DNA of 64,000 bases from Polyangiaceae bacterium (GTDB lineage Bacteria; Myxococcota_A; Polyangia; Polyangiales; Polyangiaceae): positions 128,001 to 192,000 of the forward strand of contig CBDCTZ010000008.1 in assembly GCA_965222375.1 (NCBI GenBank). Reading direction: 5' to 3'. Below are positions 27,868 to 38,188 of the stretch, piece after piece; positions within the stretch are counted from its first letter, which is position 1; the number at the start of each line of letters is the position of its first letter. The position numbers and the translations under genes are program-made. The notes under the pieces were generated by a model. It had not been told where the DNA came from. It did not search any database and was given only the letters and a program-made list of their open reading frames with translations.

Positions 27868-30078
27868 TTGAGCGCAGAGACGAAGCCGTCCGACAAGCTC
27901 GGTCTGTGGGGTGCCACGGGGGTTGGCGTTGGAGCCATCGTAGGTGGCGGCATCCTGGTGCTGGCCGGCGTTGCCTTCCGGGCCACAGGCCCCAGTGCGG
28001 TCCTGGCCTTCGCCATCAACGGCGTGGTCGCAGTGCTGACGGCCCTCTCGTTTGCAGAGATGTCGACGGCGTTCCCAGAATCCGGCGGCGCCTACGTCTT
28101 CGCCAAGAAGGTCTTGGGCGTTCGTGCGGCGTTCGCTGTCGGCTGGATTCTTTGGTTCGCCTACATCGTCGCTGGGGTGCTCTATGCCCTGGGTTTTGCG
28201 GAATACGGCGTCGCCGCTGTAGCCGAGATCTGGCGCCTGTCCGGGGACGAGGCACCCGAGTGGCTGGCCTCCCGGCGCACCGTGCTCGCTATTGCGTTGA
28301 CTGCGGCGGCTGCCTACGCGCTGTCCTTGATCCGCAAGAGCACTGGAGGCGGCCAATTCGCCACGATCGGGAAGGTCGTAGTATTTGCGATTCTTATCAT
28401 CGCCGGCATGTGGGCGTTGCGCGACGAGACCGCAAGCAGTGTGGAACGCGACCTGACGCCGTTCTTTCCAAAGGGCAGCTCAGGCCTGATCGCCGCGATG
28501 GGGTTCACCTTTATCGCACTACAGGGCTTCGAGGTCATCGCAGCTGTCGCCGGGGAGGTGCGGGACCCGGCCCGAACCCTGCCTCGCGCAATGCTGATGT
28601 CCCTGGGGCTCGGTCTAATCATCTATTTGCCACTTCTGCTCTTGGTCTCCACCGTGGGGACTCCAGCGGGCACCGACATCGGTGTCATGGGAACCGATAA
28701 CCCCGAGACGGTCATGGCCGAGAGCGCCAAGAACTTCATGGGACCCGTGGGCTACTGGCTGGTACTAGTCGCCGCAATCCTGTCCACCTTGTCCGCGCTG
28801 CATGCAAACATCCTAGCGGCCTCCAGGGTCGCTCTGACCATGGCGAGCGATCGCACGCTCCCGCGAGTGTTGGCTCGCCAGCACGACCGTTTCCGCACGC
28901 CGGTGATGGCAATCTACACCACCGCCTTGGCGTTGGCGGCGATTCTGATGATGGTTCCCGACTTGGCCTCGGCGGGTGCCGCGGCCAGCCTCATCTTCCT
29001 GATCTGTTTTGCCCTCGCCCACGGCACGGCGCTGTTGGCACGGCTACGCACCAAGAGTCAGGTATTCAAGGTCCCCTTCTTCCCGGTCCCGCACATCGTC
29101 GGGGGCCTTGCGTGTTCCGCGTTGGCCATCTTCCAAGCGGTGACGGTCCCGGCAGCCGGTGCCATCACCGGGGTGTGGCTTGGCCTGGGAGTGCTGCTCT
29201 ATTTCGCGCTCTTCGCCAGTCGCGCTGAAGCCGTCGACGCATCGGTTCAGGCCCGAGATCCCGAGCTAGCGCGGCTACGCGGCTTCCGACCCTTTGTTCT
29301 GGTACCGGTCGCGAACCCAGACAACGCCCCCGCCCTGGTCGAGTTGGCGAGCGCCTTGGCACCGCCGCAAATCGGGCGCGTACTGCTGTTGAGCGTGATC
29401 CGCACCTCAGATGACGGCATCGAAGACGAGTCCCTCCAGAAGTCCCAGCACGTGCTGTCCGAAGCGCTCACCCGCGCCCATCATCATGGACACCGACCGG
29501 AAGCGCTGATGACCCACGCCGCCCACCACTGGCCGGAGATTGCGCGCGTGGCACGCACCTACCGATCTGAAAGCCTGTTGCTGGGCTTGCCGGATCTGTT
29601 GGGAGAAGAGGTCAGCAAGAGCCTCGTGACTCTGCTCAACCAGGTCGATTGCGACGTCGCGGTGCTGAAAGCGCATCCAGAGTTCACCCTCGAGAAAGTT
29701 CATCGCGTCCTGGTACCGGTGGGCGGCCGTGGCGCTCAGCACGAGCTTCGTGCGCGCTTGATTGGCAGCATCGGACGGGAGGGTGGGTCGACGATTCGAT
29801 TCCTGCGGGTCATGCCCGCGGACACTTCCGAGGCGAGTCGTGCCGAGGCAGAACGTGGGCTCAGGCGGCTCGGGGAGGACGAAGCACCGGGCCGCTACGA
29901 GTGCGAAATCGTGTGTGACGACGATGTCGCCGGCGCCGTCACCACACAGGCTGAAGGCACCGATCTGGTCATCCTCGGTGCGCAGCGCGTTGGGGGGAAA
30001 ACCGCTCTCGGTAGTATTACGCGAAAGATCGCTGCTCGCGCTCAGGTGCCGACTGTGCTCATCAGCAAGCGCGGCTGA
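27868..30078 (+). CDS. APC-family amino acid permease with C-terminal universal-stress (USP) domains
   Basis: GAIVGGGI, GP.A..AF, FPESGGAY, GFE....AGE.RDP.R.LPR, SR....MA.D..LP, about 12 TMs; C-terminal VLVPVANP and VLVPVGG USP-like units. Confidence 0.88.
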   Translation: MSAETKPSDKLGLWGATGVGVGAIVGGGILVLAGVAFRATGPSAVLAFAINGVVAVLTALSFAEMSTAFPESGGAYVFAKKVLGVRAAFAVGWILWFAYIVAGVLYALGFAEYGVAAVAEIWRLSGDEAPEWLASRRTVLAIALTAAAAYALSLIRKSTGGGQFATIGKVVVFAILIIAGMWALRDETASSVERDLTPFFPKGSSGLIAAMGFTFIALQGFEVIAAVAGEVRDPARTLPRAMLMSLGLGLIIYLPLLLLVSTVGTPAGTDIGVMGTDNPETVMAESAKNFMGPVGYWLVLVAAILSTLSALHANILAASRVALTMASDRTLPRVLARQHDRFRTPVMAIYTTALALAAILMMVPDLASAGAAASLIFLICFALAHGTALLARLRTKSQVFKVPFFPVPHIVGGLACSALAIFQAVTVPAAGAITGVWLGLGVLLYFALFASRAEAVDASVQARDPELARLRGFRPFVLVPVANPDNAPALVELASALAPPQIGRVLLLSVIRTSDDGIEDESLQKSQHVLSEALTRAHHHGHRPEALMTHAAHHWPEIARVARTYRSESLLLGLPDLLGEEVSKSLVTLLNQVDCDVAVLKAHPEFTLEKVHRVLVPVGGRGAQHELRARLIGSIGREGGSTIRFLRVMPADTSEASRAEAERGLRRLGEDEAPGRYECEIVCDDDVAGAVTTQAEGTDLVILGAQRVGGKTALGSITRKIAARAQVPTVLISKRG

Positions 30079-30092
30079 GTCGAAGAAGCCCG

Positions 30093-32045
30093 CTACAGCT
30101 CGATACGTCCCTCGACGACGCAGCCATCAGCGGCGATCGCGATGACTCGGCCCACGTCGGCAAACAAGCTGACGATCGGTGCGACCAGACTGGGCTCCTC
30201 CCACACCGGAACGAACTCCGCGTCTCCGATGAATGGCCGCATCCAGATCCGCCGCGCCGCCGCAACCCATGCCCGCCCCGCCACGTCGATGGCGGCGGCT
30301 GATAGATCCGGCGCCCCCTTCAAGGTTTCGGCATGGCATCGCCCATTGATGATTCGCGCGACGAGTCCGTCACTACCCACAGCCAAACCGTAGTTTCTGT
30401 CTACTCTGGCGCCACAAGCAACCACAGCCCGAACCCGGGGAATGCTCAATTCGACCGCATCCCACTGCAGCGGACTGACTTCAGCCACAAAGCCACGATT
30501 GTTGTGACGTCGGCCTGTCACCAACCAGCGGTCATCCGCGATCCGCGCCAAGCCGGAGATGGCAGCAGCCTTCGCCAAGGGTAGAGGTTTGAGCCAGCGG
30601 CGCGATGTCAGCGTGTAGAGCACCGGCGGCCCGTCAGGGCGAACGCCGACTACGACGGCCAAGTCGTCGAAGTCCCCGTCCGCTGCGACGAAGGTCTCAC
30701 TTCCTGACGGGCCCCGCACCACATCCTGAACTCCGCGCGACGTATAGGTCGCGAGGGTTGCTTGATCGCCACCTACCACCCACCGGCCAGCTGCTCGGCG
30801 GTGTACGAATCGGATCCCCTGAGGAGCCGGCAGATCCCGGGTGGGGGCAGAACGCCATTCGGCGCCATCCCAAAACGAAAGTCCTTCGTTGGTTGCGGCC
30901 AGACAGCGGCCATCGCCATCCCAAGCCACGCTTCTGAGAACACGATCTCCTTCGTCGCGGTGACGAAGAGTCCAGTGGAAGCCCGCTCGCGCCTGTTGCC
31001 CGGTTGGCGTGACGCTCTCGAGCCGCCGATCAACGACCGCGGAGCGCTTTCCTGGGCGGCGCAGCCACGGCATGATCGTGCTCGCGAACAATGCGGCCGT
31101 CTGCGGTCTCTCTTCTGGCCGCAGCGCCGTCGCACGGGCGATGGCCAGATCCAGGGCCGCGCAAGATTCCTCGTCGGCGGCGAGTTCCGGTGAGAGCAAC
31201 GGCGACTCGCGAATGGATTTTCGCTCCGCGCTCTTTGCGGCCAGAAGCACTTCGGATGGAGTCGACGCCGTGAAGTAGCTTCGACCCGTAAGCAAGAAGA
31301 AGAAGTCGACCGCGAAGGTGAAAACATCGCTCCAAGAGCCGATTCGCCGGTCGTCCAGGGCCGCCTGCTCGGGAGGCGCATAGCCGATCGTGCCAACGAC
31401 GATGCCTCCAAAGGTGGCCGCTACGCCGATGGGACGGGCAAGTCCGAAATCCGTGATCTTGAAGATCTCGTCATCCCCAAAACCGCAGCATAAAACGTTG
31501 TTGGGGGTCAGATCACGGTGGAGCACGCCCACTTCGTGGATGGCGTCGATGCCTTGAGCCATGCACTCGACTGCGTGGGCAGCTCGCTCACGATCGAAGG
31601 CGTAGTCCGTATGCTCCACACTGTAGACGACGCGCTCCGCAAGAGTCGTACCCTCTGCGCCGCCGTGAACATACTCCAGCGCCAGCCACGGCAGGTCGAA
31701 ACGCCGTCCACCCATTTCTAGGGCGACGGTACCGGCGTCGATCAACTGCACGACGAAGGGCGTCGGGGGCACGCGGGAGTTCAAGCGGGTGAGCGCCTCG
31801 ACTTCCTTCTGAACGATCAGCGCGCCGGTACGGCCGCTCTGCAACACGTACTCCGGGCGTAGCAGTTTCATGACGATGGGCGTCTTGCCCTGCGGTGTGG
31901 CGCGCATTCCGAAATACGCGAACCCCATGGATCCGGCGCCCAGCAGACGACCCAGTCGGTAGTGGGTGTCAGGCCGTTCCGAAGGGATCGGATGCTGGGC
32001 CAGCGTCGAGAAGTTGTCGTCTTCGTTGGGGATGACAATGGCCAC
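30093..32045 (-). CDS. Ser/Thr protein kinase with C-terminal beta-propeller-like domain (no TM)
   Basis: LGAGSMG, VMK, HRDLTPNNVL, DFGLAR, GTIGYAPPEQ, SDVF; Trp/Gly-rich repeats in C-half. Confidence 0.9.
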   Translation of the reverse strand: MAIVIPNEDDNFSTLAQHPIPSERPDTHYRLGRLLGAGSMGFAYFGMRATPQGKTPIVMKLLRPEYVLQSGRTGALIVQKEVEALTRLNSRVPPTPFVVQLIDAGTVALEMGGRRFDLPWLALEYVHGGAEGTTLAERVVYSVEHTDYAFDRERAAHAVECMAQGIDAIHEVGVLHRDLTPNNVLCCGFGDDEIFKITDFGLARPIGVAATFGGIVVGTIGYAPPEQAALDDRRIGSWSDVFTFAVDFFFLLTGRSYFTASTPSEVLLAAKSAERKSIRESPLLSPELAADEESCAALDLAIARATALRPEERPQTAALFASTIMPWLRRPGKRSAVVDRRLESVTPTGQQARAGFHWTLRHRDEGDRVLRSVAWDGDGRCLAATNEGLSFWDGAEWRSAPTRDLPAPQGIRFVHRRAAGRWVVGGDQATLATYTSRGVQDVVRGPSGSETFVAADGDFDDLAVVVGVRPDGPPVLYTLTSRRWLKPLPLAKAAAISGLARIADDRWLVTGRRHNNRGFVAEVSPLQWDAVELSIPRVRAVVACGARVDRNYGLAVGSDGLVARIINGRCHAETLKGAPDLSAAAIDVAGRAWVAAARRIWMRPFIGDAEFVPVWEEPSLVAPIVSLFADVGRVIAIAADGCVVEGRIEL

Positions 32046-32095
32046 GGCGTCGCCAAGTCTATCCGAGTCCCTTCCAGACCCCTAGCGCCGAAGCA

Positions 32096-33334
32096 CTACT
32101 TCGGCGGGTCTGGCGGCGCGAGATCTGGCGTGCAAGATCCCAAGGCGTTGCAGCGGAGAACCTGGGTCTGGCCCAAGCGGTCGCCAACCACGACGACGTC
32201 ACCGTCGGGCCCAGTTTCCAGGGCAATCGCACGGAAGTCGCCAACGACTACGTCAACATCCGGCGTATCAGTCAATGGAAGCGCGTATCGCCTCAGCACT
32301 GCGCGGAGCTTCTCCGGCGACTCGACGTGAACCGCAGCGGCGACGTACAGTCCGCCGGGCACGGCGAGCACGGCGTTGATCTCGTCCTGTCCAGACGACA
32401 AATCGAGGTCGAGACTCCCCTTCAAATCCCCTCCCTGGCCGACTGTGAACACGACTCCACGGCGTTTTCCGGCGGTACCCACTGAACCAGTGACATAGAC
32501 GTCCGCGTCCGTCGTCGACACGCTGGTGATGCTTAGCTCTTCCAACTCCGCCGGGAGCGATATCTGTGCAACTTCTTCTGCGATGCATGCGCAGGTACTT
32601 GTACTGCAAGCGCCGTCACTCGCCTTGTGCAGCCGCAAGCTAGATTTGTCGGTCGAGGCAAACCAAACCAAACCGTTGTCCGCAGTTGCGCGGACACTGC
32701 TGATGTTCGACCCCGAGAGCGTCAAGGCGCAGCTGCCGGCCGGGTTGATCTTGGCAGCCCAGACGGAGCCCGTGGCTGTTCCTGCTAGCCAAACCCCGCT
32801 GGTACTCGAAGCTATGGACTGCACTTCGGGCTCTGAGGTCGGTAGCGTCAACGTCTCTTCGTTGATCACCAGGAGATCCAACTTGGAAAGCCGACTCAGG
32901 AAGACTGCTTGAGGTTCCTTCACGTTGCCCACGACGTAGAGTACGTCCTGAAACAGCCTGGCGCCGACTGCGACGGCCTGGCTGCTCGCCCAAGGATGCG
33001 CTGAATCCACAACCTGCCCTTGGCAGACGTCCAAAGCGAATGCCCAGGTGTCTGCGACGCGCCCGGATTTCATCGGATTGGTCCCCACCGCGATCACGCG
33101 GTCGTCAGCGAACACCGCGGAAGCCGGACCACCTCCACTTACACTGGCGCCCCATGGACCACATTGGCTCACACATTGGCCGGCGATCTTTTGGGTGCCA
33201 ACGGGACACTCAACGGCGCAGCCATCACCGCAATCCTGGGAATTTGCGCCGGATCCTTGGTAGTCGAACTCGCTAGCCGTGCAGGCGGAAGTCACAACAG
33301 CCAGCCCGATCACACTCGACACCCATTGCCCCAT
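32096..33334 (-). CDS. Lipoprotein with Cys-rich N-terminus and probable beta-propeller
   Basis: TSAC lipobox, CGDGC...CP.G.....GQC...C, repeated 'VYV.G'-type strands; start estimated. Confidence 0.65.
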   Translation of the reverse strand: MGQWVSSVIGLAVVTSACTASEFDYQGSGANSQDCGDGCAVECPVGTQKIAGQCVSQCGPWGASVSGGGPASAVFADDRVIAVGTNPMKSGRVADTWAFALDVCQGQVVDSAHPWASSQAVAVGARLFQDVLYVVGNVKEPQAVFLSRLSKLDLLVINEETLTLPTSEPEVQSIASSTSGVWLAGTATGSVWAAKINPAGSCALTLSGSNISSVRATADNGLVWFASTDKSSLRLHKASDGACSTSTCACIAEEVAQISLPAELEELSITSVSTTDADVYVTGSVGTAGKRRGVVFTVGQGGDLKGSLDLDLSSGQDEINAVLAVPGGLYVAAAVHVESPEKLRAVLRRYALPLTDTPDVDVVVGDFRAIALETGPDGDVVVVGDRLGQTQVLRCNALGSCTPDLAPPDPPK

Positions 33335-33495
33335 GCTGACTAAACATGAACCTGAATTCAGTTTACGCAAGGCGCCTCTCCTCCGAAACCCAAGAAACCT
33401 GAACAACGCACGCAGAAGCGGGATTCTTGGCCTTGGAGACCAAATTAGCTGGCCCGGCTCACGGGTGTTAGCCTGCAACTCGAGCGTTCAATGTC

Positions 33496-34977
33496 ATGAA
33501 GCCGGGCACAGTCATCGCCGGCAAGTACCGGCTCGTTCGTCGCCTCGGCGACGGCGCAATGGGCGCGGTGTGGGAAGCCGTTAACGAGCTCACCCAGCGG
33601 GCGTTTGCGATAAAGCTCATCCATGCCTCGGCAGTGGGGGGCGACGAGCTTCGAACCCGCATGATGCGCGAGGCACGCGCTGCAGGCCGTCTGCATCACC
33701 GGAACGTGATCGAGGTCTACGATGTCGGCGAAACTGACGACGGGGATCCGTTCTTGGTAATGGAACTCCTGCGCGGCGAGACCTTGGACGAGCTTCTGCA
33801 GCGCAAGCAACAGCTGCCTGTCAACCTGACGTGCGCCGTCGGAATCGAAGTCGCCCGCGCACTAGCAGCGGCACACGACGCCGGCATCATTCACCGGGAC
33901 CTCAAGCCGGCAAACATCTTTCTGCACCGTGAACCCGATCTCGGCGTCGTGGTGAAGGTACTGGACTTCGGGGTCAGCAAAGTCACTTCAGACCAGAACG
34001 CCTCTGCTACGACCACTGGCACCGCTATTGGTTCGCCAGCTTACATGAGCCCCGAGCAGGCTGTCGGCGCACCAGATATCGACGCGCGGAGCGACCTCTG
34101 GTCCGTTGGTGTGCTCCTACTGGAGGCGGCCTCGGGCACTCCCGCGTTCAAAGGCGACACTATCTACGCAATTGTTGGCAACATCCTCCACGGAGAGATC
34201 CCGCGGCTCGGTGCGCGGGCGCCCAATGTGGACTCGAGGCTGTCGGAGATCGTGAGTCGCTGCTTGGTCAGAGACCGTAGCGCGCGAATCCCGTCCGCCC
34301 GCGAACTAGCAGCACAACTCGAACTACTGCTGCCTTCCAGCGCCGAGGCGGTGCTCGAAGACCTCGAAGAGGAACCGACTTTGGCCAGGGAATCCCCAGC
34401 GGAAAAGCGCCAGGGACAGGATTCCGTCATCGCGACAAAACCCTATGTGCGCCATGTGGACCCTGCAGCGCCGGAGGAAGCACCAGGCGAATCTGCCGCC
34501 GCAGCGGGCTACCCATCGCCGCAACCTTCACTAGTGGAGATGCCACCGGGGAGTGTGACGGCCAGCGCATCCATTGGTCGCTCGAAGATCCCAGTGCCCC
34601 TGATCATCGGCGTGGCAGCCATGTTTGGCGCAGCCATTCTCGGTGTCGTCCTGATGGTGTCTCTGGCGAAGACGACCAAGCCGACAGCGCCTGCGACCAC
34701 CGTGGCTCCGGTTGTCGCCCCCCCCGCAACCATCGACCCTACTTCGACGTCAGCGCTCCTCGAACCCAGTGGGACCGCGGCGACGCCAGACGCTGCCACG
34801 GCCCCGGCAGAGAAGACTGCGCCAAAGGTAGAGCCCACAGCGCCGGCCGCGCCATCTACGAAAGCTGCTCCCAAACCGCAGAAACCGGTGCGTTGGACGC
34901 CCAAGCCCAAGACGTGTCCCAAGAATATGGTCTACTTCGACCCCGCGACAGGCAAGATGAAATGCCGGGGACGGTAG
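33496..34977 (+). CDS. Transmembrane Ser/Thr protein kinase with Pro-rich periplasmic tail
   Basis: LGDGAMGAV, AIK, HRDLKPAN, DFGVSK, GSPAYMSPEQ; single TM; ends C.....YFD...G..KC. Confidence 0.95.
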   Translation: MKPGTVIAGKYRLVRRLGDGAMGAVWEAVNELTQRAFAIKLIHASAVGGDELRTRMMREARAAGRLHHRNVIEVYDVGETDDGDPFLVMELLRGETLDELLQRKQQLPVNLTCAVGIEVARALAAAHDAGIIHRDLKPANIFLHREPDLGVVVKVLDFGVSKVTSDQNASATTTGTAIGSPAYMSPEQAVGAPDIDARSDLWSVGVLLLEAASGTPAFKGDTIYAIVGNILHGEIPRLGARAPNVDSRLSEIVSRCLVRDRSARIPSARELAAQLELLLPSSAEAVLEDLEEEPTLARESPAEKRQGQDSVIATKPYVRHVDPAAPEEAPGESAAAAGYPSPQPSLVEMPPGSVTASASIGRSKIPVPLIIGVAAMFGAAILGVVLMVSLAKTTKPTAPATTVAPVVAPPATIDPTSTSALLEPSGTAATPDAATAPAEKTAPKVEPTAPAAPSTKAAPKPQKPVRWTPKPKTCPKNMVYFDPATGKMKCRGR

Positions 34978-34984
34978 CGCTCAT

Positions 34985-35941
34985 CTAGAAGCGCAAGCGC
35001 GCGCTCCCTGCAGCGCCGCCAGGCAACGGCATCGCGCTGACCTGAACCTTCTCCTCGCTCGGTAACGTCAACCACAAGGTGGCCCCGGAGATCACCGCAG
35101 CTGCGCCGACCCCGAACAAGACGTTGCGCACCACCAGAGCCGTGTCAGCGGCATCTCGCGCGTCTCGGTGTTTCGGATCTGTCTGGGTTTCGGCGGGGCA
35201 GGTCCAACCGTCACCGGTTCGCGTGCACTTCGACGCCGCTTGTTCGAGCTTGTTGTTACGGTAGACGTGAAAGACCAGGCCTCCGGTCAATGCAGCGGCC
35301 CCGACTCCACCCAAGATCACGGACAGGGTCGGCGGGCGACTCGCGCTAGCGGGTGGCGCGCTTTCTCGCCTCACGTCGGGCTGATTCTGCGTTCCTGCCT
35401 TGAAGTGAACAGCAACCCCTGTCGATTGCCCCGCATGCACACGGACGATGCGGACGAATGTCGGCTCCCTAGGCGCCGAAACGAGTAGACGATGTTCGCC
35501 GGGCTTCACCTCAATTTCACCGCCTTTGGGCGTAACGGGGCGGCCATCGACCGAAACACTGACGTTCTTGCCAGGGGGAAGGACCAGCGCGATGCGCCCC
35601 ACCTTGTCTTGAAGTTCCCCGAGGGCCTGTTCGGATAGCAGGACAATGTCTTCTGCTCCCTCCTTCTTGGCCAACTCCTTGGCACGCGTAAATTGCGCGC
35701 GGGCAACGCTGGCATTGCCCGCGTTGCGCTCTGCTTGAGCCCAGTTGAAAATTGTGACTGCCGTGGGCCGGAGGGCAGCGGCTTCCGCGAACTTCTTCGC
35801 AGCTTGGTCCCACTTTCCCTCGGAAGCCAGGGCGTTTGCCGCTTCATACGCGGCATCGAAGGGCTTGGCTTCGATTTGCGCTAGGGCAGAGTTAGAGATG
35901 CTGACCGCGAACAAAAGCCCAATAACGAGTCTCGCCCTCAT
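34985..35941 (-). CDS. Exported TPR + PEGA-like domain protein
   Basis: Signal peptide (ALA-Q), TPR-like helices, 'VSVDG..V......V.PG.H', two hydrophobic segments, C-terminal PLPGGA...RF. Confidence 0.8.
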   Translation of the reverse strand: MRARLVIGLLFAVSISNSALAQIEAKPFDAAYEAANALASEGKWDQAAKKFAEAAALRPTAVTIFNWAQAERNAGNASVARAQFTRAKELAKKEGAEDIVLLSEQALGELQDKVGRIALVLPPGKNVSVSVDGRPVTPKGGEIEVKPGEHRLLVSAPREPTFVRIVRVHAGQSTGVAVHFKAGTQNQPDVRRESAPPASASRPPTLSVILGGVGAAALTGGLVFHVYRNNKLEQAASKCTRTGDGWTCPAETQTDPKHRDARDAADTALVVRNVLFGVGAAAVISGATLWLTLPSEEKVQVSAMPLPGGAAGSARLRF

Positions 35942-36067
35942 GATAAATAACCAGTGTAACACGCGGATCCTCATTGACTAGGGGCGCGCCCATTCAGGTT
36001 TCCCAAGTTCTGCGGTCTTTCCGTCTTTGCGTTCGAGATGGCCTTTCGTTTAGGTTTTCTTGAAGCG

Positions 36068-37264
36068 ATGCGCATCAACTCGCCGTTGACTCTGGTCGCC
36101 GCGTTCGCGCTGGCAGCGTTCGCATGCACACCAGCTGGCCCCGTTGCGAACACCGCCCAGGCAGCGAAAAGTGCCAATCCCCCGGGCCCGCCCTCGCCCA
36201 TCCCAGCGAACGCTGCGTCAACTGAAGGCCTTGATGTTCAGGCCGACGCAGCCTACGCACTGGGCGAGACCGAGGACGAAATAGAAGACGGCGCCGAGCC
36301 GCACACGGTGATTCAAGGTCGAGTAGCCAAGCACCCCTTGGATGGACGCTCGGACGCTGACGTGGCCAAGAGCATCGCTGAGGATCCTACTTCCCTTGGA
36401 TCTCTTTCGCTGGGGCAGCCCGGAGCGGGCAGATTGATCGCCGGCGTCACTATGCCCGAAACCCCAGGCCTCGAGATAGTGGACCCGGCCCACTGTTGGG
36501 GCACTCAAGAAACCATCGAGTACTTGCGTAGAGCCGTGAGCGTGGTTCGGGAGCAATTCCCCGCAGCGCACCCGCTCTATCTCGGCCACATCAGTGCAAA
36601 GCATGGCGGCCCGCTGCGCCCGCACAAGAGCCACCAGTCCGGCCGGGATGTGGACATCAGCTACTACTACTTGGGCAATGCCGCGCGCTGGTACGCCCGA
36701 GCCAACCAACGGAACTTGGACGTCGAAAAGACTTGGGCGTTCGTACGCGCACTGATCGAGCACACCGACGTGAACCTGATCTTGATCGACTACGGATTGC
36801 AGCGGCTGTTGCGAAAGCACGCCGAACACATCGGCGAGGACCCGGGATGGCTGGACAGCGTTTTTCGTGGAGTCCCGGGCAAGCTGCGCCCACTGATCGT
36901 GCACGCCAAAGGCCACGCAACGCATATGCACATACGATTCTTCAACCCCATCGCTCAAGAAAGCGCTCGTCGCGCGTATGCGACGCTGATCCAGCTAGGT
37001 CTCGCGGAGCCTCCCGTCAAGTTCACCTTTCATCGCGTGAAACGTGGCGAAACCCTCGGCATGCTGGCGCGCAAGTACCGTACGACGGTGACCGAAATCC
37101 GAAAGGCGAACGGGCTTCGTTCGACGAAGATCATCGCGAAGAAGCGCTATCGGATCCCGAAGCGCGTAGCGCTTCGCAACGTCCCCCGAGTCGCCATACC
37201 GGAGCGGCGTAAGCCACCGAGAGCGGCGGCAAAAACCCCTGCCAAAGCGCTTTCCGGAAGCTGA
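36068..37264 (+). CDS. mepA: Penicillin-insensitive murein endopeptidase (MepA-like) with LysM domain, lipoprotein
   Basis: 'S.G.P..G.L..G', WGT, 'GHIS...GG....HKSHQSGRDVDI', 'GH..HMHIR', LysM 'HRVKRGETL..LARKY..TV..I..AN'. Confidence 0.87.
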   Translation: MRINSPLTLVAAFALAAFACTPAGPVANTAQAAKSANPPGPPSPIPANAASTEGLDVQADAAYALGETEDEIEDGAEPHTVIQGRVAKHPLDGRSDADVAKSIAEDPTSLGSLSLGQPGAGRLIAGVTMPETPGLEIVDPAHCWGTQETIEYLRRAVSVVREQFPAAHPLYLGHISAKHGGPLRPHKSHQSGRDVDISYYYLGNAARWYARANQRNLDVEKTWAFVRALIEHTDVNLILIDYGLQRLLRKHAEHIGEDPGWLDSVFRGVPGKLRPLIVHAKGHATHMHIRFFNPIAQESARRAYATLIQLGLAEPPVKFTFHRVKRGETLGMLARKYRTTVTEIRKANGLRSTKIIAKKRYRIPKRVALRNVPRVAIPERRKPPRAAAKTPAKALSGS

Positions 37265-37303
37265 CTTTACGCCCCTGAGATTCGGAGCTACTCGACCCGG
37301 GCC

Positions 37304-38188
37304 TTGGCGCGACCGCTACAGTTCAAATCCCGGGTACGGCTGCCACCGGACAACCTGGACACGGAACCCCGCTCGAGCCGGCGGCTCTCGGTTTCAATCT
37401 TGGGCGCCCTTTCCTACACGGCCTTGGCAGGCGGCGCTTGGGCGCTGGGTACGGATCAAGTTCCCGTGGAAGCGTGGCTGGATCGCGCGCTCGCCGAACC
37501 CGTTCGGAGCGATAGACTCACCAAGGGCGAGCTAACTCCGATTCACAGCAAGCCTGCGCGGCTCGAAGCGACGTTTCCGCCAGCCGTCCCCGCCGAGATC
37601 CAGGTGCCGGCAGCGCTCGGTGCGGAGCTGCTATCGGCCCCTCTGCCCCTAGACCCAGAGGTCGGGGCTTCGAAGCCGACTCCAGATCCGGATTTCGAAC
37701 CCGCGCCGCCAGCGCCCTCGGCCCCGGCCGTCGAACGGAGCGGGCCAGTAGCCCGTTCCGTCGAGCAACCGGCCACGGTCAGTCCTCCGCTCACCACCCC
37801 ACAGGCGCCGCCTGCACCACCTCCGCCAGTGCCAGCGCCGCCACCGGCCAAACCAGCGCCAGCCGTTCGAATCAGCAGTGGCCCGAGTTGTGAAGCGGCG
37901 CAGGCGGCGTACCGCGAAGAGATCGTGATCGGGGCGCCACGCGCCCCTGACTTGCCGCGAGAAGCTCTGGCCGCGGTATTGAACAGCGGCAGCGTGCTTG
38001 CTGGCTGCAGCGTCCCCGACTCGATGAAGCTCGAAATCTGCGCGGCGATACAGCGCGGTCGCGCGGTGGGCGTAACGGTTACGACGCGCCCCGGCAGCCG
38101 ACGTGTCTCGGCGTGCGTCGCCTCCAAGGTGCGTGGCCTCCGCTTTCCGAGTAGTCCGCACCTAGACGTTGCCCGGACCCGGTTCTAG
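37304..38188 (+). CDS. Membrane-anchored Pro-rich protein with small C-terminal alpha/beta (AgmX/TonB-C-like) domain
   Basis: One N-terminal TM, long Pro-rich linker, C-terminal 'G.AVGVTV.......V..CV...V..L.FP'. Confidence 0.55.
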   Translation: MARPLQFKSRVRLPPDNLDTEPRSSRRLSVSILGALSYTALAGGAWALGTDQVPVEAWLDRALAEPVRSDRLTKGELTPIHSKPARLEATFPPAVPAEIQVPAALGAELLSAPLPLDPEVGASKPTPDPDFEPAPPAPSAPAVERSGPVARSVEQPATVSPPLTTPQAPPAPPPPVPAPPPAKPAPAVRISSGPSCEAAQAAYREEIVIGAPRAPDLPREALAAVLNSGSVLAGCSVPDSMKLEICAAIQRGRAVGVTVTTRPGSRRVSACVASKVRGLRFPSSPHLDVARTRF

